A stretch of DNA of 57,962 bases from an uncultured virus (IMG/VR IMGVR_UViG_3300036802_000312) (taxonomy: Duplodnaviria; Heunggongvirae; Uroviricota; Caudoviricetes): the IMG/VR virus record IMGVR_UViG_3300036802_000312. One strand, given 5' to 3'. The notes under the pieces were generated by a model. That model was not told the DNA's origin and did no database searches. It saw only the letters and a program-made list of their open reading frames with translations. A program made the translations under genes and the position numbers. How positions within the stretch are numbered: the stretch's first letter is position 1; every line of letters starts with the position of its first letter. This document shows, piece by piece, positions 40,307-49,968 of the stretch.

Positions 40307-41395
40307 CTAACGTGAAGACAAATTATCAGGTGTCGGATCAATATCTTTGTAAATGTAACTTTGTATTTTGCTTTTCATCTCATCCATATCCACTTCCATG
40401 ACCCATCCTCCTGACTTATTTCTTCCAGCTTTCCATGAACCGTCAATTGGAAATCTTTCTTGTTCAGTTTTCATCGATCCTACCTTAAAATAGTTATAAG
40501 CCATAGATAAAATATCTGAGTGATCAAGTGATGTTTCAATATTTGGAGTGACTTTAAGTAGTAATGATGGAATGGCAGAAGATCCTTCTGATCTAACCTT
40601 TTCAATCATTTCCGTCAATACATTTCGTTGACGTTCAGTACGTTCAAAGTCTCCGTTTCCAACGTATCTGATACGTGCATAAGATACCGCCTGCATTCCA
40701 TTCAACGATTGTCTTCCACTTGTTGTTAAATAAGTAGGTTTTTTATTTTGAATCCTTGCTGTTTCGTCAATATATTTATTTATCATGTCAATTTCTTTTT
40801 CTTTTACATCGATTTTAATACCATCGATTGCATCTATGACTTTTTCCAACGTGAAAAAATCAACTGCAACATAATTCCTGATATCCGTTCCGAAATTTTG
40901 ATTAATTGTTTTAATCGCAAGCTCAGCTCCGCCATAAGCATAGGCATGATTTAACTTTGAAGTCCCATGATTTTCGATAGGAACATCTAAATCACGCATA
41001 AGTGATGTCAATTTTATTTTATTGTTTTGGAAATCAACCGTTAATATCATCATTGAATCTGAACGTCCAACCTCTTTACTACTTCGACGATCTAATCCGA
41101 ATAGTGCGATATTAATAATCTGACCATTCCATTTTATGGATTCTTTCTCAGCGATCTCATCCTGGGTTAAAGGTTTTGGTGTCATTGGCGGCACCGTCTC
41201 TTGGGGTATATCTTGCATTGTATTGATACCCAAGGCTTCATCAGATTTGTCTATTGATACATGATTATAAGAAAAAATGCTATTCACTGTAAAAACACCT
41301 GTGATTAAGATTGTAATTGTTATTAGAACACATAAACCTATCCAGGTTTTCTTTTTTTTACTGTTTTTCTCTTTATTTTTGTTTTTATCTTTCAT
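40307..41395 (-). CDS. LCP (LytR-CpsA-Psr) family glycopolymer transferase
   Basis: TM helix; LFGLD, GRSDSMM, SLMRD, KLNHAY, YARIR, GDFERTERQR. Confidence 0.95.
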   Translation of the reverse strand: MKDKNKNKEKNSKKKKTWIGLCVLITITILITGVFTVNSIFSYNHVSIDKSDEALGINTMQDIPQETVPPMTPKPLTQDEIAEKESIKWNGQIINIALFGLDRRSSKEVGRSDSMMILTVDFQNNKIKLTSLMRDLDVPIENHGTSKLNHAYAYGGAELAIKTINQNFGTDIRNYVAVDFFTLEKVIDAIDGIKIDVKEKEIDMINKYIDETARIQNKKPTYLTTSGRQSLNGMQAVSYARIRYVGNGDFERTERQRNVLTEMIEKVRSEGSSAIPSLLLKVTPNIETSLDHSDILSMAYNYFKVGSMKTEQERFPIDGSWKAGRNKSGGWVMEVDMDEMKSKIQSYIYKDIDPTPDNLSSR

Positions 41396-41417
41396 TGACG
41401 TTCTCCCCTTTATATTC

Positions 41418-41433
41418 GTTGCTTATAGTCAAT
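41418..41433. promoter_or_regulatory. palindromic operator copy 6 upstream of the LCP gene
   Basis: GTTGCTTATAGTCAAT between the promoter and the SD. Confidence 0.7.
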
Positions 41434-41507
41434 ACTTAATCATTATTACACAAAATAATTTATTTGCAACATAAAAAAAGGCTTACTCCTTAGAGCAAGC
41501 CTCTTAC

Positions 41508-42020
41508 TTATTCAATAAATTCATCACTTTTCAATTCCCTTGTTACATCGTCTACAGACCGATATTCAATAGCATCACTAAAGTGTGGTAGATGATTTTT
41601 AGGTTCTACTGAACGAATACCATCTTCTTGTTCTTCCATTTGCCCCTCTCTCACTACATCAACCAGGATATGAGCAATATATTCTTCTGCTGCTAATCCT
41701 TCCAGATCTTCATCATTAACAAAAGCGGAAACAATTTGCTCTTTTGAGGCAAACTGCAAATCATATTGATGATGAAGCCTACGATTCATCGAATATGTCA
41801 CATTCCACATATATTGCTCTGCTTTCTCATGTTCTTTGATATATTGAACGTGAATTGTCATACTATCTTCATTTTCACTTAGATCAATTAATCTCAGCTC
41901 CTTCCATAATTCTTGGTAAAATCCCTCTGAAATCCTTTTTCGTTCCTGTGGATATAATTTTACGATTGCATCATTTAAATGTTGATATTCCATTCGATCT
42001 AACAATTCTTTTATAATCAC
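41508..42020 (-). CDS. hypothetical protein (DUF6557-like)
   Basis: GAGGAGG SD; EEYIAHIL pattern. Confidence 0.55.
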   Translation of the reverse strand: MIIKELLDRMEYQHLNDAIVKLYPQERKRISEGFYQELWKELRLIDLSENEDSMTIHVQYIKEHEKAEQYMWNVTYSMNRRLHHQYDLQFASKEQIVSAFVNDEDLEGLAAEEYIAHILVDVVREGQMEEQEDGIRSVEPKNHLPHFSDAIEYRSVDDVTRELKSDEFIE

Positions 42021-42173
42021 TGTTTCAACCTCCTCTAAGTTCTAAAAGTAATATTTATATATTGTAGTAAATCTAAGCTCAAATTATATGCGAATTGGTA
42101 CGTCATTTATGTGGAAATCAGCCGAACCCTTGCTGACTATAATAAGAAAAAGAAGATTGAAGGGGGATTTAAT

Positions 42174-42728
42174 ATGTTAGATGGGACAATAAAGAAAAAT
42201 ATTCAAATTGGCATGTTAGTTGAGATTGTGAAAAAGGAAGATCAGCCCACCGGAAAACTAACAAGAGGATATGTTAGACGTATACTTACAAATTCTCAAA
42301 AACATACTCGCGGAATAAAAGTAGAGTGTTCAAGTGGAGACATTGGTCGCGTGCAGCGAATTTTAACAAAAGAGAATATTAGGAATGAGAATTTCAAGTT
42401 TTACAATACATTTTTCTTTCTAAAAAAAATATATTCGATCTGGGACTCTACAAACAATCATTATTTAATCGTAGATTATAATAACGTTTCAAAAAAATCG
42501 ATAGAAAAAACTTCTTTCTTATTTGAAACTTTTGAAGATGCAACATCATTTATAAAAGGCACAAAATATAACACCAAAGATTATCCTGTTCGAGAAATAA
42601 ACCGTAAAAAATTCATTTTTGAAAACTTCTCAAAAATCGGAACGGAGTTCATTCGTATTAATAAAGAAAGAAAATTGTCTATGGAAAAGTTGAAGGAATG
42701 GGAAGCTTATTTCAAAAACATGCATTAA
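42174..42728 (+). CDS. YwbE/DUF2196 domain protein with a C-terminal extension
   Basis: IVKKEDQPTGKLTRGYV..ILTNS..H.RGIKV....G.IGRVQ. Confidence 0.85.
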   Translation: MLDGTIKKNIQIGMLVEIVKKEDQPTGKLTRGYVRRILTNSQKHTRGIKVECSSGDIGRVQRILTKENIRNENFKFYNTFFFLKKIYSIWDSTNNHYLIVDYNNVSKKSIEKTSFLFETFEDATSFIKGTKYNTKDYPVREINRKKFIFENFSKIGTEFIRINKERKLSMEKLKEWEAYFKNMH

Positions 42729-42948
42729 CCTTAAGTAATATAAATAATTCTGAAACTCATGATTTGAAAAAAGACACTTTTTTTAAACTTTGTGATTACT
42801 TTTTTAATCCTATTAATAAAGAAATCGATAATTTTGATAACTTAAAAAGCATTTTTTATTTCTTATGATTAGTATTTCAAGCTATTTTGCATATCATATT
42901 ATGTTTTCATTAATCAGGCGGCAATCGTCACATTATTAGGAGGAATGT

Positions 42949-43431
42949 ATGATGGGAAGTATTAGTCGAGAGAATGCGGTATATGATTTTATCAAACATT
43001 TTAGCGAGCGATTTAATAAACATTTCGAAAAACTAATCAATCTACAAGTGGAAAAATTAGAAGAAATCCAAGTGAATTATTATGTACAAGGAACCATTCA
43101 ACTTTCAAATAACTGTGAGTATCCTGTTCATTACCGATGGTCAGGAGAAGAAGAAGAGTCCGAAGGTAAAGAGTTGGACAATGATTTTATGAAGATAGCA
43201 GATTATTACAATGATCATATACTTGGGAAGACAATCACGTCAGTTTCTCTTGGTAGTGACAATCGTGATGACGAAGTTTATTTAATTCTTATTGTCGATA
43301 ATCAGAATGAAACATATTGCGCAATCCCAATGGGCTTCGATCCAGAACAGATGGTGATTGACGGATATGCAAGTGAACTCATCAATGAATCTGAATTTCA
43401 GACTTTTATTGAAAAACATTATAAAAGATAA
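42949..43431 (+). CDS. acidic hypothetical protein
   Basis: AGGAGG SD; upstream GCATATCATA element at about 42889. Confidence 0.65.
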   Translation: MMGSISRENAVYDFIKHFSERFNKHFEKLINLQVEKLEEIQVNYYVQGTIQLSNNCEYPVHYRWSGEEEESEGKELDNDFMKIADYYNDHILGKTITSVSLGSDNRDDEVYLILIVDNQNETYCAIPMGFDPEQMVIDGYASELINESEFQTFIEKHYKR

Positions 43432-43432
43432 G

Positions 43433-43466
43433 AAATAAAGAGGCTTGAAATAAGCCTCTTTATTTT
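43433..43466. terminator. bidirectional terminator
   Basis: AAATAAAGAGGCTT-GAAAT-AAGCCTCTTTATTT. Confidence 0.75.
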
Positions 43467-44207
43467 CGCATACTTTTAATTTCACTTATAAATTTATCTC
43501 GGGTATATCTCGAAACCAATTTGGAGATGATTTGTACTAAGTTACATTTTTTCACCTAAAAAGATTAAAAAAAATCTTTCAAGAATCATTATTACAATAG
43601 ATTTTTTTCCATTTCCGGTATGTATTATTTACCAATTGATGTTATACTAAGTTTCAAGAGTGTGTGTCAAGTCTTAGATTTTTCAGTAATTACATATGAA
43701 ATTATTTAACTAAACGAAATTAATAAGAAATTCTACTCTGTTGCCATATTTCAATTGTGTTATATCGTTAACTCTATTGATATTCTGAAAAGTACCGAAA
43801 CACCATGTCCTTTTGCTTTCAAACGTTTATCAAAGCTACTGTACATGAAAATCTACTTAAACCACACTCCTATTACATAAGAAAGTACGGAATTCAGAAT
43901 CTCATAATATTATATTTCCCTCGTTTATTGAATCAACGATTTATTAGTTTTGCCTATATTTAACGATGATAAACAAAACCATTGATGTACTCATCATGCG
44001 AATATACATAACAAATTCGCTCAATAAATGCCTGAGTTTAGTTTATTTTTTCACTAAAACTTTATACTATTTAACCATACTTTATGAAAAAAACTTCACA
44101 TATTTTGTACAAGGTGAACATAAGATTACTCCAAAGGCTCTCAATTACATCAATAGACTAATGTTCGCTTTCACATATATAATTTCAAATTCAAAGGAGG
44201 AATTTAA

Positions 44208-45212
44208 ATGAAGGTAAATACAAGTAAGGTTAAAGTTGAAAAGATTTTAAAAGATCAAAAGACAAAACGATTAAACTTCGACATGAAAATTCAACGTAGT
44301 GAAGATATTTGGGACAAGAAGAGACGCTCGAAAATGATGCATAGCATCATGATTAAATGGCCGACTAACTCTATTTTCGCGGCTAAAGAAGGTAATATAC
44401 TTAGTATCATTGACGGAAAGCAAAGACTTACAACCGTATTATCATATATTGCTGATAAATTTGCGCTTGAAAAAGGTACACCTGGAATTAACGGTGTGGA
44501 AGTTCAAGGAAAGAAATTTTCAGAGCTTCCAGATGAATTGAAATCAATAATCATGGCTTATGAATTTGATTTCACCATTATCCAAGAGGCTACACTTGAA
44601 ATGATGGAAGAATTGTTTTTCCGTTGGAACAGTGGAATGCCGATGCGTCAGATTGAAACAACAAGAGCTATTCTTGGTGGAAAGACTTTGAAGTTAGTTG
44701 AAGACGTATCCAATACACCTTTCTTCCAAACAAAAGCTAATATTTCAAATAAATCAAAAAAGCATTTTGTTGATCAAGAGTTGGTTCTTCAAATATTGGC
44801 GATGATACACAAAGAAGAAACAGGATTCAGTGGCAAAGAAATAGAGAACTTTGTTCGTGAATTACGAAATCAGCGCATTCAAGACGAATTGAAAAGTAAA
44901 ATGCAAAATGCCAGCTTCTATTTAAATCAAGTATTTCTGAAAAAGGAAAAAATGCTCCGTAAAGTACATATCCCAACCCTTTTCAAGCTTGTACTTGATA
45001 TGCAAGAAAAGGCACTTGTTATTACACCCAGCGAATTTGAAGGTTGGTGCAGAAGCTTCTTTGAAAATATGCCAGAACCATATAAAAAAGCATGTGAAAG
45101 TAAAACTGCATCAAAAGATAGCGTTAAAACTCGTTACAGAGAAATGAAAGCTAACTTTGAATCCTTTTTAGAAAACAGGAATTCCAAAAACAATGTAGAT
45201 TCGGCATCCTAA
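44208..45212 (+). CDS. DUF262 (ParB/Srx-fold) protein A
   Basis: IQR...W, IIDGKQRLTT, LFFRWNSG. Confidence 0.85.
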   Translation: MKVNTSKVKVEKILKDQKTKRLNFDMKIQRSEDIWDKKRRSKMMHSIMIKWPTNSIFAAKEGNILSIIDGKQRLTTVLSYIADKFALEKGTPGINGVEVQGKKFSELPDELKSIIMAYEFDFTIIQEATLEMMEELFFRWNSGMPMRQIETTRAILGGKTLKLVEDVSNTPFFQTKANISNKSKKHFVDQELVLQILAMIHKEETGFSGKEIENFVRELRNQRIQDELKSKMQNASFYLNQVFLKKEKMLRKVHIPTLFKLVLDMQEKALVITPSEFEGWCRSFFENMPEPYKKACESKTASKDSVKTRYREMKANFESFLENRNSKNNVDSAS

Positions 45213-45345
45213 AAGTGTGAATCTAATCAAAATTAAAAGAGGAGTTGGGTAACCCCATTCTCCTCTTTTTGTATATCCATTTTTTGAATTTATTTATTCT
45301 TGGTCTTTAACTTTTAAAGTACAAGTAGTATCTTCATACTATGCA

Positions 45346-45546
45346 TCAGAAATATTTGTACCAAAATGCCTTTAAAGTGTTCTTCCATTCATCATTTACT
45401 AATTCATAACCATCAATATAAGACTTGTTATTAATGGTTGTTATGCTTTTTCCACTCATTCCTTTATGAAATGGATACACTTTTTCGCCAATAGTTACAG
45501 TTCTATTTATTTGATTAACCGATATTACGCCATCAATATGAACCAT
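45346..45546 (-). CDS. hypothetical protein
   Basis: AAGGAG SD. Confidence 0.55.
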   Translation of the reverse strand: MVHIDGVISVNQINRTVTIGEKVYPFHKGMSGKSITTINNKSYIDGYELVNDEWKNTLKAFWYKYF

Positions 45547-45599
45547 TTTTTAAACTCCTTTTTACCATCTTCGAACAGCGATACGAAGGCTTCTTCGAT

Positions 45600-46709
45600 T
45601 TAAGCTGCTACTTTAAAATACTTTGTATAATGATTCAATACAATTGTATTTCTTCTTCTAACACTTTCAATCTTTGCTGTACCAGACTGAGAACCGTATC
45701 CACTCTTCACATAATCTTTTACAAAGAATTGATTTATCCAATCTGCGAATTCCTGAGCCGTTCTTCCATCTCTCATCGCGAATTTCGCGAGATATAGAAG
45801 CGATACAGACTTCGATGTACCAAAAGCTTTTGATAGTGACTTTTCATCTAAAATTTGATATACATCACCTAAGTATTCAATAACGCTATTAGTTTGTTCT
45901 AACAAAGCAGGAATAAATGAATTTTCTTCACACATCTTATCCAATGTTTTGTTATCAAGCGCCGTATTGTTGTCAGAGAGAATAACTGCCATACCCTTCA
46001 ATACCATGTCCGAGTGATTCTCCTTATTAATACCTTTTGGAGTGAATCCTGCACGAATCTGCGGCAAATCTTTCACCGATGACAAGAAACTAATCAACTC
46101 ATACGACATTTTAGCCTTACGAATTTGCGCTGGAGTTAAAGCAACACCATTGTTCCAACGTTTAAATAGTTCATACTTCATCGTATCATCTACGTCATAT
46201 TCTTCGATTTCGATGGATGTTCCCATGATTTTACTTTGATATGCTTCTGGAAGATCATCAAAGAACAAACCATTCACATCGATCCAAACAAGGTTACCCT
46301 CTTCATCCCTTGAATTAACGTAGCGACTGCAATTGATTGCAAATTTTCCTTTTACGAAATCACGAATCGTTGTTAACCGCTGTTTACCATCAAGCACATT
46401 TCTGTACTTCATATCACTTTTTCGAATGACCTGAATTTTCACAGAGCCAATCGAAATACCCTCAATTAAAGAAATCATCAACATCGACTTACCTTCAATA
46501 TCCCAGGCATCTGCATTTCGTTGTATTGGATCGTTGAATTTAAACATTCTCAACATTCCCATAAACTGTGACACTGTTCTACGGTCAAAACTGATTGGGA
46601 TTTCGTAATAGCTCAAATCCATCGTTTTCGTCGCTTTGATAATTCTACGCTCAACTTCTTGTCCATCCATTACATTTGAGATTTCAACAATACCATTATT
46701 ATTTCCCAT
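45600..46709 (-). CDS. DUF262 (ParB/Srx-fold) protein B
   Basis: IQR...AW, VLDGKQRLTT, LFKRWNNG. Confidence 0.85.
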   Translation of the reverse strand: MGNNNGIVEISNVMDGQEVERRIIKATKTMDLSYYEIPISFDRRTVSQFMGMLRMFKFNDPIQRNADAWDIEGKSMLMISLIEGISIGSVKIQVIRKSDMKYRNVLDGKQRLTTIRDFVKGKFAINCSRYVNSRDEEGNLVWIDVNGLFFDDLPEAYQSKIMGTSIEIEEYDVDDTMKYELFKRWNNGVALTPAQIRKAKMSYELISFLSSVKDLPQIRAGFTPKGINKENHSDMVLKGMAVILSDNNTALDNKTLDKMCEENSFIPALLEQTNSVIEYLGDVYQILDEKSLSKAFGTSKSVSLLYLAKFAMRDGRTAQEFADWINQFFVKDYVKSGYGSQSGTAKIESVRRRNTIVLNHYTKYFKVAA

Positions 46710-46804
46710 TTTAATCTCTCCCTGTTTCAATAATGTTTTTTTCTAAATCCAATTGAATAAAACAAGTTGAATAAATAATTCTCCGATATAAAGATCTACA
46801 TCCA

Positions 46805-47278
46805 TTATAAACCAGATACAAACATTTCGTACTGATATCCATTTGTACATCGATCATATAAATTGTCTTCCAATATACCTTCTTTGAAGCGAATCTCTCC
46901 TGCACTTCCATTCATCTCTTCGAGATAACTTAGTTCGAAATCTAATTGTGGGTACACCTCAATCGCTTTTCTTAACCAGTTAAGCGGAGGAGAAAACTCT
47001 GTTTCAAACAGTATGAAATACTCATTACCTTCTTCTCGAATACACACGAATTTGGCATCACTACATGTACCCCAATGCCTTACTTTCCACTCCTGAGCGT
47101 CTACATTTTTCTCTAATCTATTAAGATTAGGAATAGGTAAAATCCCTTTGAAACTGAAATCACAATGCTGAGAAATCAAATCTGAACGATTACCGCTACT
47201 ATCGCTCCCTTTACAAGATTCCAAAAATAAATGAGCTTCTTCCCCACGAACAATTAAAGTGTTTGAAAAATAGAACAT
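46805..47278 (-). CDS. Api92/DUF1281-like ferredoxin-fold protein
   Basis: DFSFKGILPIP, W...HWGT, FET..SPP..WL....YP.L.F.L.Y.E. Confidence 0.75.
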   Translation of the reverse strand: MFYFSNTLIVRGEEAHLFLESCKGSDSSGNRSDLISQHCDFSFKGILPIPNLNRLEKNVDAQEWKVRHWGTCSDAKFVCIREEGNEYFILFETEFSPPLNWLRKAIEVYPQLDFELSYLEEMNGSAGEIRFKEGILEDNLYDRCTNGYQYEMFVSGL

Positions 47279-47411
47279 TTTCACTCTCCTTGGTCTTTTT
47301 GAAATATAAATTTGCACAGGATAGAAATATCAACGACTTTACGATTCCGTTTTAAATTTGCTCCACATTTGTCATATAAATGACACTCCCTCATATAAAA
47401 GTTTTCAAAAA

Positions 47412-47445
47412 AATCCTTATTTGTTCAAACCCTATATGATATGCC
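47412..47445 (-). promoter_or_regulatory. SigE-like promoter plus conserved leader element
   Basis: Minus strand GGCATATCATATAGGGTTTGAACAAATAAGGATT. Confidence 0.6.
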
Positions 47446-47496
47446 GCAAACAAAGAAATATAAAAAGACTTGTTCGATTTCTAACAGGTCTATTTT

Positions 47497-47940
47497 TTAT
47501 GGATTCCGTATTGTAATATACAATTCTACATCATCCATATTAATCGAGCCTTGTTTCCCCGTCTTCATATGCTTTAAAAGCAGGTGTTTACTAACCCCTC
47601 CAACGATATGAAACGTTTCTCCTTTTTGGAGAATAGCGTTATATCCTTTTTGAATGACATCTATTACTGTATTCAACCCAACTTTTTGAACTTTTTTAAT
47701 TACCAGATCAATAAAATTTTGAACTGTCATTTCGCCAATATCGTCAATATCCAACTCCACTTTAAAGGTTTCTTCAAGATCTAATATCATGTTACGAAAG
47801 TCGTCTGTCGCCCCATAAGTGTACATAATCACCCTTGGAGATGTCGTATCACCCGATGTCGTAAATTCAGCATCAGAACGATATTGTTGAATAACCTCTA
47901 AAACTTTTGTAGTTACCTTCATTACGATATCCTGATTCAA
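47497..47940 (-). CDS. acyl-carrier-protein-like domain lacking the DSL serine, plus a C-terminal domain
   Basis: KVLEVI..YGATDDFRNMILDLEETFKVEL....TVQNFIDLV. Confidence 0.55.
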   Translation of the reverse strand: MNQDIVMKVTTKVLEVIQQYRSDAEFTTSGDTTSPRVIMYTYGATDDFRNMILDLEETFKVELDIDDIGEMTVQNFIDLVIKKVQKVGLNTVIDVIQKGYNAILQKGETFHIVGGVSKHLLLKHMKTGKQGSINMDDVELYITIRNP

Positions 47941-47974
47941 TAATATCGACTCCTTTTAAAATGTTTTATATGAA

Positions 47975-48009
47975 AATCCTAATTGATTTAAACTCATATA
48001 TCTTATGCC
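47975..48009 (-). promoter_or_regulatory. SigE-like promoter plus conserved leader element
   Basis: Minus strand GGCATAAGATATATGAGTTTAAATCAATTAGGATT. Confidence 0.6.
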
Positions 48010-48086
48010 ACTTACATCGAATTTAAATATCAATCCTATCTTTCGAATCAACAAAAAAGGATGCTCTCGCACCCTTTAAACCTCAA

Positions 48087-48398
48087 TTACAATTGCTGTA
48101 TTGAAACTTTTTGATCTTGTGATAAATTGAAGTTTTCTCTTAAATTTTCCATCAAATTTGAAAACTGTTCAATCGTTAAAAAGGTATCCAACAAAGTCAC
48201 TGTTACATATGTAACATGATTCACTTTATTGACATCCACGCTCCCAACAATCTCTCCACTTAAATCAATGTTAAAGAAACCTTTTTTTTCAACGGGGGAT
48301 GGTATAAACCGTGGAATACGCCGACGATCTACAGGTCTTTCATTTACCTTCATTGCTTCTGTGAATGCCACATCAACACTCCCCTTCTTCATAGTCAC
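48087..48398 (-). CDS. hypothetical protein (start probably the GTG near 48371)
   Basis: AAGGGGAG SD; TTATAAC-14-CATAAGAT promoter at about 48404-48432. Confidence 0.55.
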   Translation of the reverse strand: MTMKKGSVDVAFTEAMKVNERPVDRRRIPRFIPSPVEKKGFFNIDLSGEIVGSVDVNKVNHVTYVTVTLLDTFLTIEQFSNLMENLRENFNLSQDQKVSIQQL

Positions 48399-48443
48399 TT
48401 CATATCTTATGCCTTACTGATTGAAGTTATAAAATCCAACCCC

Positions 48444-48910
48444 TTACTTCATTTCATTCACAGCAATATTTAATTCAATGTTTTGTTCACCTGTTACAAA
48501 TATGAACGCCAATATAGGACGATCATGATTCGTGTATTTCATTTCAGCATTAATTGAAACTTTTGGAGGTGTAATATCTACGTGTTTTCCACTATTCGCA
48601 ATAATGGAGGACGCGCCACCTGTCACCATATTCCCCAATTCAGCAATTGCGCTTTGAGCGATTTCATCCATATCAGCAACGGTCATTCCACCCATCATAG
48701 ATGATGCAATATTCTTTGCTGTCTCATGATTGCAATGCATTGAAAAATCTCCTTGTACATCACCAACAACAGAAAGTTCTACTTTTACACTTTGATACGG
48801 AGTTAAAGGATTTCGTTTGTATGCTTTAGATAACGTTAGTTTCATATTTGTTACTGTTTCAAAAATACGCTGAAATTCTGCTATAAATGGATTAATATAC
48901 TCTGCCTTCA
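48444..48910 (-). CDS. cheX: CheX chemotaxis phosphatase
   Basis: MKAEYINPF, VVGDVQG, SAIAELGNMVTG (ExxN), DITPP. Confidence 0.88.
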
Positions 48911-48958
48911 TGAAGTTGTCTCCTATAATTTCGATTCGTGATAAACATATACCAGTCA

Positions 48959-48988
48959 ATTTTATCATCATTATAGACTATAGGCAAT
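48959..48988 (-). promoter_or_regulatory. cheX promoter with operator copy 7 over the -35
   Basis: TTGCCT-17-TAAATT with TG extension; ATAGACTATAGGCAAT at 48973-48988. Confidence 0.65.
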
Positions 48989-49196
48989 ATGATCTTTTAA
49001 TATTGAACCTTACACTTTTTTTCATGTAGATGAAGGATTAGTAAATTAAGATAGCAATACATATAGAGTAAAAAGGAAAGTCTTGTCTTAGGTTTCCAAA
49101 GGTCGTTTATAAATAAGGATGAACCATTCCATTAAAAACATGTGTGAAGAACGTATAAAAAGGATAAAATCATATGGATAAACGGAGGAACGATAA

Positions 49197-49376
49197 ATGT
49201 TGATAATAATGTTTGTTATCGTAGTGATTTGTTCAACAGGAATAGTGTTAATCGTTGATAAGAACAAAGTATATTCATTTATTCGTAAGCGTGTAGCAAG
49301 GGTTATGATTTTGTTTATGATATTTATACTACTTATCGAAACGTTTACATTTACTTATGTAATGCTGTCAAAGTAA
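49197..49376 (+). CDS. 59-aa two-TM membrane protein, not in the ORF track
   Basis: GGAGG SD; MLIIMFVIVVICSTG...VMLSK*. Confidence 0.6.
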   Translation: MLIIMFVIVVICSTGIVLIVDKNKVYSFIRKRVARVMILFMIFILLIETFTFTYVMLSK

Positions 49377-49431
49377 CGACCTTTGATTTACCGAAAGGAA
49401 AGACCCCTTCTATTTTTCAAGGAGGTCGATA

Positions 49432-49854
49432 TTGATGAGTACCAATCATTCGCAAGGTAATGGTGGTCAACAAAACCAACCAGAGGAACGTTTTAAAGAT
49501 TTAGTTCAAGATCAACAAGATAACATTTTACAATCTCTAAACAACATGTTTAAAGGAAATTTAATAAAAATCGTTGCTATTCTAATGATTTTTGGAGCTG
49601 TGTTAGGCGGGGTTGCATTTGTAGCGGAAAAGACAGATATCATTCAAAAGACTTTTTCACCAGGAGAAAACAAGAACGAAATCGATAACATTCAGAAAAT
49701 ACATACCGAAATTAACAAAACAAACGTTGATACGATTCAATCATTAGTCGAGTCCCTTAAAAGAAAAGATGATCTCATTTACAAATATCAAATTGAAATT
49801 GAGAAACTTCACGTTAAGAATGATTTTCTCCAAAAAACGAATCCAACAAATTAA
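49432..49854 (+). CDS. single-TM coiled-coil protein
   Basis: AAGGAGG SD; central TM helix. Confidence 0.65.
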   Translation: MMSTNHSQGNGGQQNQPEERFKDLVQDQQDNILQSLNNMFKGNLIKIVAILMIFGAVLGGVAFVAEKTDIIQKTFSPGENKNEIDNIQKIHTEINKTNVDTIQSLVESLKRKDDLIYKYQIEIEKLHVKNDFLQKTNPTN

Positions 49855-49968
49855 AAAAGATTAGCTAAGAAGGGGTCTACGGACTCCTTTTTCCATTTAA
49901 TTCCGATCCATTAACCACGAAAGTAAAAAAGAGAAGGGTTCACTATTCCCCCTCTCTCCTTTTTCGAA

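Noticed and set aside
47987..48014. dif/Xer-site resemblance of the repeated element (AAGTGGCATAA-GATATA-TGAGTTTAAAT on the minus strand)
   Set aside because: Only this copy fits the 11-6-11 layout. Spacing varies in the other copies, and their position and orientation fit promoters better. It is kept only as an alternative hypothesis.
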